Shown here: one piece after another, positions 21,069 through 31,161 of the stretch
How the letters are laid out: each line of letters opens with the position of its first letter
Numbering within the stretch: the stretch's first letter is position 1
Source: an uncultured Gammaproteobacteria bacterium
GTDB taxonomy: Bacteria > Patescibacteriota > Microgenomatia > UBA10105 > UBA927
Length of the DNA: 64,000 bases
Assembly (NCBI GenBank): GCA_964596355.1
Contig: CAZQTD010000003.1
Location: 20,500-84,499 of the forward strand
Direction: 5' to 3'
The notes under the pieces: generated by a model
What the model was told of the DNA's origin: nothing
Database searches by the model: none
Seen by the model: the letters and a program-made list of their open reading frames with translations, nothing else
Made by a program: the position numbers and the translations under genes

Positions 21069-21542
21069 ATGAAAGTTCACAATGTGATGTCCACAAACAT
21101 TGTTACCGCGTCACCGGATGAGTCTATATGCGAGCTTTGGAAGCACATCATAAAAAGGCGCATCAATGCGGTTCCCGTCATAGATAGACGTCGTCGCCTC
21201 ATTGGTCTTGTGACAAAAGAAGATTTACTCAAAGCGTTATATCCGGATTATCGCGAATATTTGGAGGATGTCACGTCTGCGCACGATTTTGAGCAGATGG
21301 AAGCAAACGTTGGTGATGTGGTGAAATTGAAAGCGAATGACATCATGTGCAAGAAGGTTATCTATACGCTTGGCGACACGCCGCTTATGCGCGCGTTGTC
21401 TCGCATGATTGTGCGGCGCGTCAATCAGTTGCCCGTTATTGATGACGAACATCGCGTCATCGGCATGATAACGAAAAGCGACGTGTTCTCTGCGCTTTTT
21501 CGTTGGCACCTTCGAAAGGCTAAGAAATCGGAGCGCACTTGA
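21069..21542 (+). CDS. CBS-pair domain protein
   Basis: Two CBS repeats (VHNVMSTNIVT..PVID..LIGLVT; IMCKKVI..LPVID..VIGMIT); own promoter TTGACA(21025)-17-TACACT(21048). Confidence 0.88.
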   Translation: MKVHNVMSTNIVTASPDESICELWKHIIKRRINAVPVIDRRRRLIGLVTKEDLLKALYPDYREYLEDVTSAHDFEQMEANVGDVVKLKANDIMCKKVIYTLGDTPLMRALSRMIVRRVNQLPVIDDEHRVIGMITKSDVFSALFRWHLRKAKKSERT

Positions 21543-21567
21543 CAGGAAATTGTCAGATCAGTATACT
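21539..21567 (+). promoter_or_regulatory. Promoter of the pyrimidine operon
   Basis: TTGACA-17-TATACT. Confidence 0.85.
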
Positions 21568-21584
21568 AGAATCCCAAGAGTCAG

Positions 21585-21653
21585 ATGAACAGCGGGGATT
21601 TTTTTTATCTATTCAAAAGCATCATTCGCGTATGTGAGCGATGTATGTTCTAA
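21585..21653 (+). CDS. Putative pyrimidine-operon leader peptide (22 aa, MNSGDFFYLFKSIIRVCERCMF)
   Basis: Open frame between promoter and carA, spans a T8 tract (21599-21606); stop codon overlaps the 5' arm of the terminator. Confidence 0.55.
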   Translation: MNSGDFFYLFKSIIRVCERCMF

Positions 21654-21674
21654 GAGCCGATCGGCTCTTTTTTT
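21652..21674 (+). terminator. Intrinsic terminator/attenuator immediately before carA
   Basis: AAGAGCC-GATC-GGCTCTT stem with a T7 tract ending at the carA ATG. Confidence 0.85.
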
Positions 21675-22745
21675 ATGGGTACCAAAGCGTATCTACATTT
21701 TGAAGACGGTGATACGATCGAAGGCGTCAGCTTCGGTTATGAAGGTTCTTGTTCTGGAGAGGTGGTATTTTCGACTGGAATGACCGGGTACTGTGAAAGC
21801 CTGACAGATCCTTCGTTTGCAGGGCAAATTCTTGTATTTACCTATCCACTGATTGGCAACTACGGCGTTGCGCGACCACTTTATCAAGATGCTCACCTGC
21901 TGGCAAATTTTGAGTCGGAAAGAATCTGGGCGTCAGGGGTTATTGTTTCCTCGGTCATCTCAACACCGTCGCATTACCAGCACGAGACATCATTTTCTGA
22001 TTGGCTTACATCGCAAAAGATTCCGGGAATTTCTCATATTGACACACGAGCGCTTACGCAAAAACTTCGCCAGAAGGGCGTCATGCGCGGCAGGATTTTG
22101 ACCACGAAAAATGGCGAATGGGATAACGAGCGTAAAAACCACCTTGTTTCAATGGTAAGTCTGCCCAGAACCATTGTCTATAAACCCCAAAACCCTTGCG
22201 GTATGCGCATCCTTCTCATTGACTGCGGCGTAAAACACGCAATTATTAGAGAGCTTCTTAATAACGGCTATGAAGTTATGCGCATTCCGTGGGATGATGA
22301 TCCTATGAAGTACGCGTCAGCCATTGATGGCGTTGTGTGTTCAAACGGCCCGGGCGACCCAAAAGACTGTCAGATTACGATTGCACATATCCGAAACGTG
22401 ATTAATGCGGGCATTCCCTTTATCGGGGTGTGTTTGGGGCATCAGCTTGCGGCGCTTGCTATTGGCGCGGACACATACAAACTTCCGTACGGTCACCGAG
22501 GATTAAACCAGCCATGTCTCGATGTTTTTTCTCATAAAGCGTATGTCACGAGTCAGAACCACGGCTATGCAGTTAAGCGAGAAACGATCCCGAATGGATA
22601 CAACGAATGGTTTATCAATCTTAATGACAAGACGAATGAGGGGTTGGTAGGTCAGGAACGTAAGGTGTGGAGTACGCAGTTTCATCCGGAAGGGAATCCA
22701 GGCCCATTTGATACAAAATGGATATTTTCGCTGTTCAAAAAATGA
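21675..22745 (+). CDS. carA: Carbamoyl-phosphate synthase small subunit
   Basis: GEVVFSTGMTGY, TYPLIGNYG, SNGPGDP, GVCLGHQ, SQNHG, QFHPE. Confidence 0.97.
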   Translation: MGTKAYLHFEDGDTIEGVSFGYEGSCSGEVVFSTGMTGYCESLTDPSFAGQILVFTYPLIGNYGVARPLYQDAHLLANFESERIWASGVIVSSVISTPSHYQHETSFSDWLTSQKIPGISHIDTRALTQKLRQKGVMRGRILTTKNGEWDNERKNHLVSMVSLPRTIVYKPQNPCGMRILLIDCGVKHAIIRELLNNGYEVMRIPWDDDPMKYASAIDGVVCSNGPGDPKDCQITIAHIRNVINAGIPFIGVCLGHQLAALAIGADTYKLPYGHRGLNQPCLDVFSHKAYVTSQNHGYAVKRETIPNGYNEWFINLNDKTNEGLVGQERKVWSTQFHPEGNPGPFDTKWIFSLFKK

Positions 22746-25700
22746 AACGCATACAAAAAGTACTCTTATTAGGATCCGGAGCCCTTAAAATCGGTGAAGC
22801 TGGTGAATTTGATTATTCGGGCACACAAGCAATCAAGGCTTTGAAAGAAGAAGGGAAAGAGATCATTTTGATCAATCCGAATATTGCGACCATCCAGACA
22901 TCTGAAGGCCTTGCCGATGAAATATATTTTCTTCCGGTTTCAGCGGATTTCGTTACATCTGTAATTAAAAAAGAACACCCTGATGGCATTCTCCTTGCCT
23001 TTGGAGGACAAACGGCGCTTAACTGCGGAATAGAGCTTTACCGACGCGGCGTTCTGAAGAATTACGAGGTTGCTATTTTGGGCACTCCTATAGAAACGAT
23101 CATAGAGACGGAGGACAGAGAATTATTTTCGAAGCGCTTACACAGTATCGGTTTTAAAACCGCTCGGGGAGCCATTGTCCGAAGTATTCAAGATGGTGTC
23201 GCATTCGCACAAGAACTTGGATTTCCAGTTATGCTTCGGACGGGCTTTGCGCTCGGTGGAACCGGAAGCGGAGTTGCCAAAGATGCAAGAACTCTTAAAA
23301 CGCTGTTAGAAAAAGCATTTGCCACATCGTCTCAAGTTGTGATTGAAGAATGTCTTTACGGATGGAAAGAGATTGAGTATGAAGTTGTACGCGATAAAGA
23401 AGATAACTGCATAACGGTCTGTAATATGGAAAATGTTGACCCCGTAGGCATCCATACTGGTGAATCAATTGTGATTGCGCCGTCTCAAACGCTTACCGAT
23501 GATGAGTATTACGGTCTCCGGCAGATTGCGATTGATGCAATCCGCAAACTTGGAATTATCGGTGAATGCAATATTCAATATGCGCTTGATCCCAAATCAA
23601 ACGACTACAGAATTATTGAAGTAAATGCTCGGCTTTCCAGGTCTTCTGCACTCGCTTCAAAAGCCACGGGATACCCGCTTGCATACATTGCGGCAAAACT
23701 TGCGGTTGGAAGGACACTTCCGGAGTTATCAAATTCTGTAACGAAAAGGACATCAGCGTTTTTTGAGCCGTCGCTTGATTACGTCGTTGTCAAAATTCCG
23801 CGATGGGACTTAGATAAGTATACGCATATTGATCCGAGGATCGGTAGTGAAATGAAAAGCGTCGGTGAAGTGATGAGCATTGCTCGAACATTTAAAGAGG
23901 CTCTGCAGAAAGCGGTGCGTATGCTGAATCAGGGGTATGACGGCGTTGTCGATGAAAAAGAGATGGAGCTCGATATACATTCCATACGGAAACGGCTTAT
24001 CGAGCCGGATGCCAAAAGACTCTTCGTCGTCGCAGCGGCATTCGCAAAGGGCATGACGGTTCAAGACATATACAGCCTAACCGGGATTGATCCGTGGTTT
24101 CTTGCGTCAATTCAACGCATTGTCCAAACATACGCGCGAATTAAAAAAGCAACGGCGGTAACGAGAGAACTCCTGTCTGATGCAAAACGGCAGGGATTTT
24201 CTGATGCTCAAATATCGCGCATTATGAAAATCGATGAGCGTACAATCCGCGCGTCGCGGAAACGTTTTGGTATTGTTCCGGTGGTCAAGCATATCGATAC
24301 GATGGCTGGAGAGTTTCCGGCAAAAACAAATTATCTCTACATGACATACGCCGCTGACTTGAGCGATCACAAACCGTTAGTCAAAGAGAAGAAAGTGATT
24401 GTCCTTGGGAGCGGCCCGTATTCTATCGGAACCTCTGTGGAGTTTGATTGGTGTGCGGTCAATACTGTCAGCAGATTAAAACATCATAGATTTAAAACGG
24501 TCATGATTAACTGTAATCCGGAAACAGTTTCTACAGATTACGATAACACGGATTACTTATATTTTGAGGAATTGACACTAGAGCGGGTACTGGACATTTA
24601 TGATTTGGAGAAATCGCCTTTTATTCTTTCCGTGGGCGGACAGATACCGAACAATCTCGCGCCGAATCTTGATCGTGAGGGAGTGCCGATTCTTGGATCG
24701 GACGCAAAAACCATTCTGAAGGCTGAAGACCGCCAGGTATTCAGCAAACTGTTAGATATGCTGGGTATTCCGCAGCCGGCATGGAGCGAAGCTCATACTG
24801 AAGAACAATCAATCGCGATGGCCAAAACGATCGGTTTTCCCGTTCTTATCCGGCCGTCGTTTGTCCTGTCCGGCAAAGCGATGCTTGTAATTGAAACAGA
24901 AGAGCAGTTGAGACAGTATCTTGCGACGATAGACGTGGACATTAACAAACATGCGCTTGTCATTACCAAATTCCTGCGGGATGCGGTTGAATGTGATTTT
25001 GACGGTGTGGCAAGGCACGGCGACATTGTCGTTTCTGCACTGTCCGAACATGTAGAAAAAGGAGGCGTGCACTCCGGCGACGCGACGCTTGTACTGCCGC
25101 CGCATGGGCTTTCACGCGCCATGAAGCAAACCATCTATGATTACGCGGCGACCATTTCAAAACATCTTGCCATTCACGGGCCGTTTAACATGCAATTTTT
25201 ACTTTCCGACAATCGCGTGTACGTCATTGAGTGCAACCTTCGTGCGTCGCGGAGTATTCCGTTCGTCAGCAAGGCGATGCATACAAACTTCATTACCATG
25301 GCGACAGATATTGCGCTGGGAAAAACTGTCACGAATGTGCGCGGAAAACACCACAATTACGTAGCGGTGAAAGTGCCGCAGTTTTCGTTTCGCAGGCTCC
25401 GCGGCGCTGACCCTGTGCTGCGCGTTGAAATGAGCTCAACCGGTGAGGTAGCGGCGTTTGGAAAAGATATCCATGAAGCATACCTCAAGGCGCTTTTGGC
25501 TACAGGCACCCAGTATCCGAAAAAAAAGGCGGCTTTTTTGAGCTTGGGAGGACAGCGGGCAAAGGAAGAGTTCATTCAATCTGCTGAACGCCTTCGCGAT
25601 ATGGGGTATGTGCTGTATGCGACAAGCGGCACGCATGCTTTTCTCATGGATCATCATATAGAGGTTCTGAAAGTTGAGAAACTTCATGAGGAGGGGCACC

Positions 25701-25954
25701 CGAACTATGCGGATTTGGTAAAGAAGCATATGATTGGGTTTGCAATCGTGTTGCCAGAGCGGTTCTCGGATGCAAGCCGCGCCTCGGTGCAAAAAGGAAT
25801 AACCGACGGGTACCTCATGCGAAGAATGTCGATTGATTTAGGGGTTCCAATTTTTACCAATGCTGAATCTGCTATACTTTACATTGAATCTATTTATCGG
25901 TACAAACAAGAAGATTTAACAATTTTGCCGTGGAGCGAATACAACAGATCGTAG
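22742..25954 (+). CDS. carB: Carbamoyl-phosphate synthase large subunit
   Basis: GSGALKIGEAGEFDYSG, two ATP-grasp halves, NCNPETVSTD, MGS domain; ATGA overlap with carA. Confidence 0.97.
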   Translation: MKRIQKVLLLGSGALKIGEAGEFDYSGTQAIKALKEEGKEIILINPNIATIQTSEGLADEIYFLPVSADFVTSVIKKEHPDGILLAFGGQTALNCGIELYRRGVLKNYEVAILGTPIETIIETEDRELFSKRLHSIGFKTARGAIVRSIQDGVAFAQELGFPVMLRTGFALGGTGSGVAKDARTLKTLLEKAFATSSQVVIEECLYGWKEIEYEVVRDKEDNCITVCNMENVDPVGIHTGESIVIAPSQTLTDDEYYGLRQIAIDAIRKLGIIGECNIQYALDPKSNDYRIIEVNARLSRSSALASKATGYPLAYIAAKLAVGRTLPELSNSVTKRTSAFFEPSLDYVVVKIPRWDLDKYTHIDPRIGSEMKSVGEVMSIARTFKEALQKAVRMLNQGYDGVVDEKEMELDIHSIRKRLIEPDAKRLFVVAAAFAKGMTVQDIYSLTGIDPWFLASIQRIVQTYARIKKATAVTRELLSDAKRQGFSDAQISRIMKIDERTIRASRKRFGIVPVVKHIDTMAGEFPAKTNYLYMTYAADLSDHKPLVKEKKVIVLGSGPYSIGTSVEFDWCAVNTVSRLKHHRFKTVMINCNPETVSTDYDNTDYLYFEELTLERVLDIYDLEKSPFILSVGGQIPNNLAPNLDREGVPILGSDAKTILKAEDRQVFSKLLDMLGIPQPAWSEAHTEEQSIAMAKTIGFPVLIRPSFVLSGKAMLVIETEEQLRQYLATIDVDINKHALVITKFLRDAVECDFDGVARHGDIVVSALSEHVEKGGVHSGDATLVLPPHGLSRAMKQTIYDYAATISKHLAIHGPFNMQFLLSDNRVYVIECNLRASRSIPFVSKAMHTNFITMATDIALGKTVTNVRGKHHNYVAVKVPQFSFRRLRGADPVLRVEMSSTGEVAAFGKDIHEAYLKALLATGTQYPKKKAAFLSLGGQRAKEEFIQSAERLRDMGYVLYATSGTHAFLMDHHIEVLKVEKLHEEGHPNYADLVKKHMIGFAIVLPERFSDASRASVQKGITDGYLMRRMSIDLGVPIFTNAESAILYIESIYRYKQEDLTILPWSEYNRS

Positions 25955-25970
25955 AAAACGAACGGAGCAC

Positions 25971-26915
25971 ATGAATTACCACACGCTTTACCATCACGAT
26001 ATTTTGACGAGCAGCCAGTTTACGAAAGCTGATGTGGAAGCAATTTTTGCAAAAACGAAACACATGAGGGAATTAGTAAAAACCAAAGGAGGAAACGACA
26101 CGCTCAAAGGCACAATCATGACGGCGTTGTTTTACGAACCGTCAAGCAGAACATTCGGATCATTCGTTGCCGCGATGCAGCGTTTGGGTGGAGGCATCAT
26201 TCCGCTTCAGGGAGTAGTCTATTCGTCGGTCGCCAAGGGGGAGACGCTGGAAGACACGGTAAAGACGTTTGATAATTTTTCTGACGTTATTGTCATCCGC
26301 CATCCGCAGCAGGGGGCCGCAAACATTGCGGCAAACGCTGTCGATGTGCCGGTCATAAATGCAGGCGATGGTCCTGGTGAGCACCCGACGCAGGCTCTTT
26401 TGGATCTTTTTACTATTGCTGACCACTTTCCTTCCATTGACGGACTGACGGTGACGTTTGCCGGAGATTTGCTGTATGGACGAACTGTCCATTCGCTTAC
26501 AACGCTTCTATCCCTTTATGCGCCGGCAGGCATCACCTGCGTATCACCGAGCGAACTACAGATGCCTATTGAATTCGTACAGGCACTTAAGAAAAAGAAT
26601 ATTCCCGTACGGCAAACGGACGAACTGGAGCCAGAGCTTGTCAAAACAGATGTCCTGTATGTTACGCGCGTACAAAGGGAACGATTTCGGGATCTTGATG
26701 TCTATGAAAAATTAAAACACCGCTACATTGTCACGAAAGAGACGATGAACAGGCTTAATAAAAAAGCAATTCTCATGCATCCCTTTCCTAGAGTTGGAGA
26801 AATTGCCACCGATGTGGATAGCGATTCAAGAGCTCTCTACATTAGGGAGCAAATGCGTAATGGATTGTACGTTCGTATGGCGCTTTTATCGTTGGTATTG
26901 CGAAAAGAACCATAG
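25971..26915 (+). CDS. pyrB: Aspartate carbamoyltransferase catalytic subunit
   Basis: FYEPSSRT, KGETLED, NAGDG..EHPTQALLD, RVQRER, HPFPR. Confidence 0.96.
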   Translation: MNYHTLYHHDILTSSQFTKADVEAIFAKTKHMRELVKTKGGNDTLKGTIMTALFYEPSSRTFGSFVAAMQRLGGGIIPLQGVVYSSVAKGETLEDTVKTFDNFSDVIVIRHPQQGAANIAANAVDVPVINAGDGPGEHPTQALLDLFTIADHFPSIDGLTVTFAGDLLYGRTVHSLTTLLSLYAPAGITCVSPSELQMPIEFVQALKKKNIPVRQTDELEPELVKTDVLYVTRVQRERFRDLDVYEKLKHRYIVTKETMNRLNKKAILMHPFPRVGEIATDVDSDSRALYIREQMRNGLYVRMALLSLVLRKEP

Positions 26916-26930
26916 AGAATCAGTCGCGAT

Positions 26931-26964
26931 GCTACTACTAATACATCGATGCAATAGTAGTAGC
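26931..26964. repeat. 34-bp imperfect palindrome between pyrB and pyrC
   Basis: GCTACTACTAATACATC/GATGCAATAGTAGTAGC, two mismatched pairs. Confidence 0.7.
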
Positions 26965-26979
26965 GACGGGGGTTGAGTT

Positions 26980-28017
26980 ATGGCGTTAAAGAGATTTCCG
27001 GGGTTTATTGATGTTCATGTTCATTTTCGCGAACCGGGAGCAACGCACAAAGAGGATTTTGCAACAGGCTCGCGGGCGGCAATCACTGGAGGGTTTACGT
27101 ACGTCCTTGATATGCCGAACAATCCTTCAAGACCAACGATTTCCGTTGACCTTCTGGAAGAAAAAGTTGCTTTATCCAAAAGGGCGTTGTGCGATGTGGG
27201 GTTTCATTACGGTACAGATGGAAAAAACGTTGTGTCGTTTCCACGAGCTTGGAAACACCCCCGTGTGTTTGGGGTAAAAGTGTACTGCAGTAATACAACT
27301 GGTGAATTATTGGTGAGCGACCCAATTGTTATAGATCATATTTTTAAAGCTTGGGAATGTTATAAGCCTATCCTTGTTCATGCCGAAGGGGAAAATCTTT
27401 TCCGGTGTTTATCATGTGCCAGCATGTATCAACGTCGCTTGCACGTGTGTCATGTCGCAAAAAGAGAAGATCTCGCGCTTGTCAAACAAGCAAAGGCAAA
27501 AGGGGTTGCCGTGAGCGTAGGAGTAACGCCTCATCACTTATTTCTGACTTCTGACCAAGTGAACAAACTGGGTAACTATGGATTGGTTAAACCAGAAATC
27601 GGAGACATAAACGATCAAGATGCTCTATGGGAAGGATTACAAAGCGGTGTAATAGACATTGTGGAAACAGACCATGCACCTCATACCAAACAAGAGAAAG
27701 AATCGAGGAACCCTCCGTACGGCATGCCGGGACTTGAGACGGCACTTGGGCTCCTTATGAAAGCGTCGCACGAAGGAATGTTGTCTCAAAGCGTTATTAT
27801 CGCCCTTCTTCATGATAATCCAAAAAAGATATTTCATATCCCAGATCAGCTGGGTACTTACATTGAGCTTGATCCAGAAAAGCCGTTTATTATCGGTAAA
27901 GATGGGTATGAGACAAAATGCTGCTGGAGCGTCTTCGAAGGGTGGGAACTTTTCGGGAAAGTTGAGACCGTTGTTATTCGGGGAAGACGACTGGTAAATA
28001 ATTGTACTATGTTATAA
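26980..28017 (+). CDS. pyrC: Dihydroorotase (CAD-type)
   Basis: DVHVHFREPG, DMPN, HAE, HVCHV, TDHAPH, GMPGLE. Confidence 0.93.
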   Translation: MALKRFPGFIDVHVHFREPGATHKEDFATGSRAAITGGFTYVLDMPNNPSRPTISVDLLEEKVALSKRALCDVGFHYGTDGKNVVSFPRAWKHPRVFGVKVYCSNTTGELLVSDPIVIDHIFKAWECYKPILVHAEGENLFRCLSCASMYQRRLHVCHVAKREDLALVKQAKAKGVAVSVGVTPHHLFLTSDQVNKLGNYGLVKPEIGDINDQDALWEGLQSGVIDIVETDHAPHTKQEKESRNPPYGMPGLETALGLLMKASHEGMLSQSVIIALLHDNPKKIFHIPDQLGTYIELDPEKPFIIGKDGYETKCCWSVFEGWELFGKVETVVIRGRRLVNNCTML

Positions 28018-28028
28018 GAGGAGAAAAT

Positions 28029-28949
28029 ATGGACGATTTGCTTAAGACTTCGTATTGTGGCGTAACATTTCCGAATCCGCTTATTCTCCCTTCAGGTATC
28101 GCGCAGGAGATTCCCAAAGACCACGAGCGGGCGATCGCGGCAGGGGCTGGTGGGATAACGACGAAATCGTTAACCATTGAACCCAGAGAGGGTAGTCCGC
28201 TTCCCCGGGTGGTCAAATATGATCATGGATTCCTCAATTCCGTGGGGCTTCGAGGGCCGGGGTTAGTGAAAGGAAAAGAACTCATCGAAGAATTTCTCAA
28301 ATCGTCGCCGGTGCCGGTTATCGTAAGCGTATTTGCCACAAGTGTGAAGGATTTCGTACGTTTTGCCGAAGAACTCACCCCGCTCAATCCTCCGCTTTTT
28401 GAACTCAACTTGAGTTGCCCCAACGTTGATGATGATATGGGAAAGGCGCTTGGACTTGGCGCAGAATCTTCGGCCGCAGCGGTGAATGCCGTAAAAAAAG
28501 TAGCAGGAAAGGTGCCGGTACTTGCAAAACTCACGCCGAACGTGCCAAACATCGCAGAAGTGGCAAAAGCGTGCGAGCAAGCAGGCGCTGACGGAATTGT
28601 TGCGATCAATACGGCTGGTCCAGGGATGATTATTGATATTGTCAAGCGCAAGCCCGTGCTTGGTAATAAGCGAGGCGGAATATCCGGACCCCCCATTCGT
28701 CCTTTGACGGTTCGCTGTGTGTATGATATTTATGAGGTTGTCAATATCCCCATCATCGGTATGGGCGGAGTTACCACAACGCAGGACGTTATTGAACTGA
28801 TGATGGCAGGAGCGACACTCGTAGGAGTGGGATCTGCAACATACTTGAGGGGCATGAAGGTGTTTGAAGAGATGAAAACCGGCTTGATAGCGTACATGCA
28901 AAAAGAAAGAATCACATCTCTTAAAGAGCTTATTGGTGTGGCGCACTAG
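28029..28949 (+). CDS. pyrD: Dihydroorotate dehydrogenase, family 1
   Basis: TKSLT, NSVGL, ELNLSCPN, KLTPN, GGISGP; no pyrK in the window. Confidence 0.93.
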   Translation: MDDLLKTSYCGVTFPNPLILPSGIAQEIPKDHERAIAAGAGGITTKSLTIEPREGSPLPRVVKYDHGFLNSVGLRGPGLVKGKELIEEFLKSSPVPVIVSVFATSVKDFVRFAEELTPLNPPLFELNLSCPNVDDDMGKALGLGAESSAAAVNAVKKVAGKVPVLAKLTPNVPNIAEVAKACEQAGADGIVAINTAGPGMIIDIVKRKPVLGNKRGGISGPPIRPLTVRCVYDIYEVVNIPIIGMGGVTTTQDVIELMMAGATLVGVGSATYLRGMKVFEEMKTGLIAYMQKERITSLKELIGVAH

Positions 28950-29052
28950 TCGCTCGTATTACGTCATTTCCCGGGGTGTGAAGAGTGTGTCGGCTAGCGT
29001 TCGGTATTAGACATATCGAGTTACTTATTGAAAAGATTGTCAGGAGACAGTT

Positions 29053-29895
29053 ATGACGTTTTGCCAGAAGTTGGATGCGATAACCAAAAAGAATGCTTCA
29101 CTTGTGTGCGTGGGTTTAGATAGTGAGTTTAACAAGATCCCCAAGCGCATACGCACCGGTGGTTCGCACCCGCAGGCAACGTTTAACAAGGCGATTATCG
29201 ATGCGACACACGATGTGGTGTGCGCGTATAAACCGAACGCGGCGTTTTATGAAGCGCGCGGGAAAGACGGCATTGAAGATCTTAAAATGACGTGCGACTA
29301 CCTTAAGGTTCATTATCCGGACGTCGTCATCATACTCGATGCCAAACGCGCGGATATCGGTAATACCAATGAAGGTTACGCGGCATTTGCATTTGACTAT
29401 CTGGGTGCCGATGCCATCACTCTCCATCCGTATTTAGGCAAAGAAGCACTCAAACCGTTTTTAGATCGCAAGGACAAAGGCTGCATTATCGTGTGCAGAA
29501 CGTCGAATCTTGGGGCAGAAGAGTTTCAGGACCTAAATGTTCAGGGAGAAAAACCGCTCTACCAGGTGGTTGCAGAAAACGTATCGAAGGAATGGAATTA
29601 CAATGGCAACTGCGGTGTAGCGGTAGGAGCTACCTACCCCACCGAGTTAGAGATTGTGCGACGTATTGTGGGCGAGATGCCGATCCTCATCCCCGGCGTC
29701 GGCGCGCAAGGAGGCGACGTAGAAAAAACCGTTAAAGCCGGTGTTGACAAATCAGGCGCGCGCGCCATCATCAGCTCATCTCGTGGCATCATCTTCGCTT
29801 CTGGCGGAGCCGATTTTGCCCAAAAGGCGCGGGAAGAAACAGAAAAACTTAATAGATACATTAATGAATATAAAATGAAGCGCTATGGCAGATGA
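29053..29895 (+). CDS. pyrF: Orotidine-5'-phosphate decarboxylase
   Basis: CVGLD, YKPNAAFY, DAKRADIGNT, VGATYP, PGVGAQGG. Confidence 0.95.
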   Translation: MTFCQKLDAITKKNASLVCVGLDSEFNKIPKRIRTGGSHPQATFNKAIIDATHDVVCAYKPNAAFYEARGKDGIEDLKMTCDYLKVHYPDVVIILDAKRADIGNTNEGYAAFAFDYLGADAITLHPYLGKEALKPFLDRKDKGCIIVCRTSNLGAEEFQDLNVQGEKPLYQVVAENVSKEWNYNGNCGVAVGATYPTELEIVRRIVGEMPILIPGVGAQGGDVEKTVKAGVDKSGARAIISSSRGIIFASGGADFAQKAREETEKLNRYINEYKMKRYGR

Positions 29896-30538
29896 TGTGG
29901 TTTCGATACTAAAAAAGATCGGCGCGGTTTTGACCGATGACCATTTTGTGTATACGTCCGGTAAACACGGGAGCGTCTATATCAACAAGGATTCACTGTA
30001 CCCCCATACAGAGGAAACATCAAACGTCGGCAGAATGTTTGCGGAAAAATTTCAGAATGAAACAATTGATGTGGTTGCAGCTCCAGCCATCGGCGGAACG
30101 ATTCTTTCCCAGTGGACTGCGTATCACCTTTCTAAACTTACGGGGAGAGAAGTACTAAGCGTATATACAGAGAAAGACAAAGGAACACTCGCGTCAGCGG
30201 CAGAAAGCGCGCACATCTTCCGGCGCGGCTACGACAAGCACATTAAGGGAAAACACGTGCTGGTCATCGAGGATCTCACGACGACGGGGATTTCAGTGAA
30301 AAATGTCGTGGCCGCAGTCAGAGCCGCGGGCGGAAAAGTCGTAGCCGTGTGTGTCATGGTCAACCGCGACCCCAAAAACGTCAACAGCGATTCTGTCGGC
30401 GCGCCGTTTTCATCGCTTGGCGTCCTTGAGGCGCAGGCGTTTGATGAGGCCGCGTGCCCGCTTTGCAAAGCCGGCAAGCCGATTAATACCAGCGTCGGCC
30501 ACGGGAAGAAATATCTGGAAGAGAAAGGAAAAGCATGA
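29885..30538 (+). CDS. pyrE: Orotate phosphoribosyltransferase
   Basis: HFVYTSGKH, PRPP motif VLVIEDLTTTG, C-terminal CPLC. Confidence 0.9.
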   Translation: MADDVVSILKKIGAVLTDDHFVYTSGKHGSVYINKDSLYPHTEETSNVGRMFAEKFQNETIDVVAAPAIGGTILSQWTAYHLSKLTGREVLSVYTEKDKGTLASAAESAHIFRRGYDKHIKGKHVLVIEDLTTTGISVKNVVAAVRAAGGKVVAVCVMVNRDPKNVNSDSVGAPFSSLGVLEAQAFDEAACPLCKAGKPINTSVGHGKKYLEEKGKA

Positions 30539-31158
30539 AGTCCGTCACGATTGTCTCTCACCCGCTGGTAGCCCACTCATTAACCGTTCTTCGAGATAAA
30601 ACTACCAAGACGCAGGAATTTCGGCACCACGCCAACATCGTGTCCAAAATTTTGCTTATTGAAGCGACCAAGCATATGGCCATCAAGACGAAATCCATTG
30701 AGACTCCTCTGGCAGCGATGAATGGGGCGCAGCTTAAAGACGACGTCATCGTCGTGCCGGTTCTTCGCGCGGGACTCGCGATGCTTTTTGCTCTTCAGGA
30801 TTTTTTACCGGCAGTTTCTGTGGGATTTATCGGACTTGAGCGTGATGAACAGACGGCGATTGCGCATGAGTACTATAAAAAAATACCGAAGATTTTCACG
30901 ACGCACATCGTCCTTGTCATTGACCCGATGCTCGCTACCGGCGGTTCGCTCGATGACACAATTAAAGCGGTGAAAGAAAAAGGCGCACAACGCATTGTCG
31001 TCGTGTCGATCGTTAGCGCGCCGGAGGGGATCGACCGTTTGGAGCAAAACCATCCAGACGTCCCCATCGTTACCGCGGCAGTCGATGATCACTTGAACGA
31101 CAAAGCCTATATCGTCCCGGGGTTGGGCGACTTCGGCGATCGATATTTTGGCACATAA
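30535..31158 (+). CDS. upp: Uracil phosphoribosyltransferase
   Basis: HPLV, PVLRAG, DPMLATGGS, YIVPGLGDFGDRYFGT. Confidence 0.96.
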   Translation: MKSVTIVSHPLVAHSLTVLRDKTTKTQEFRHHANIVSKILLIEATKHMAIKTKSIETPLAAMNGAQLKDDVIVVPVLRAGLAMLFALQDFLPAVSVGFIGLERDEQTAIAHEYYKKIPKIFTTHIVLVIDPMLATGGSLDDTIKAVKEKGAQRIVVVSIVSAPEGIDRLEQNHPDVPIVTAAVDDHLNDKAYIVPGLGDFGDRYFGT

Positions 31159-31161
31159 CGC

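Noticed and set aside
30535-31158. upp as a possible PyrR attenuation protein
   Set aside because: Sequence has canonical UPRTase motifs, not PyrR motifs, and the leader has no PyrR-binding loop
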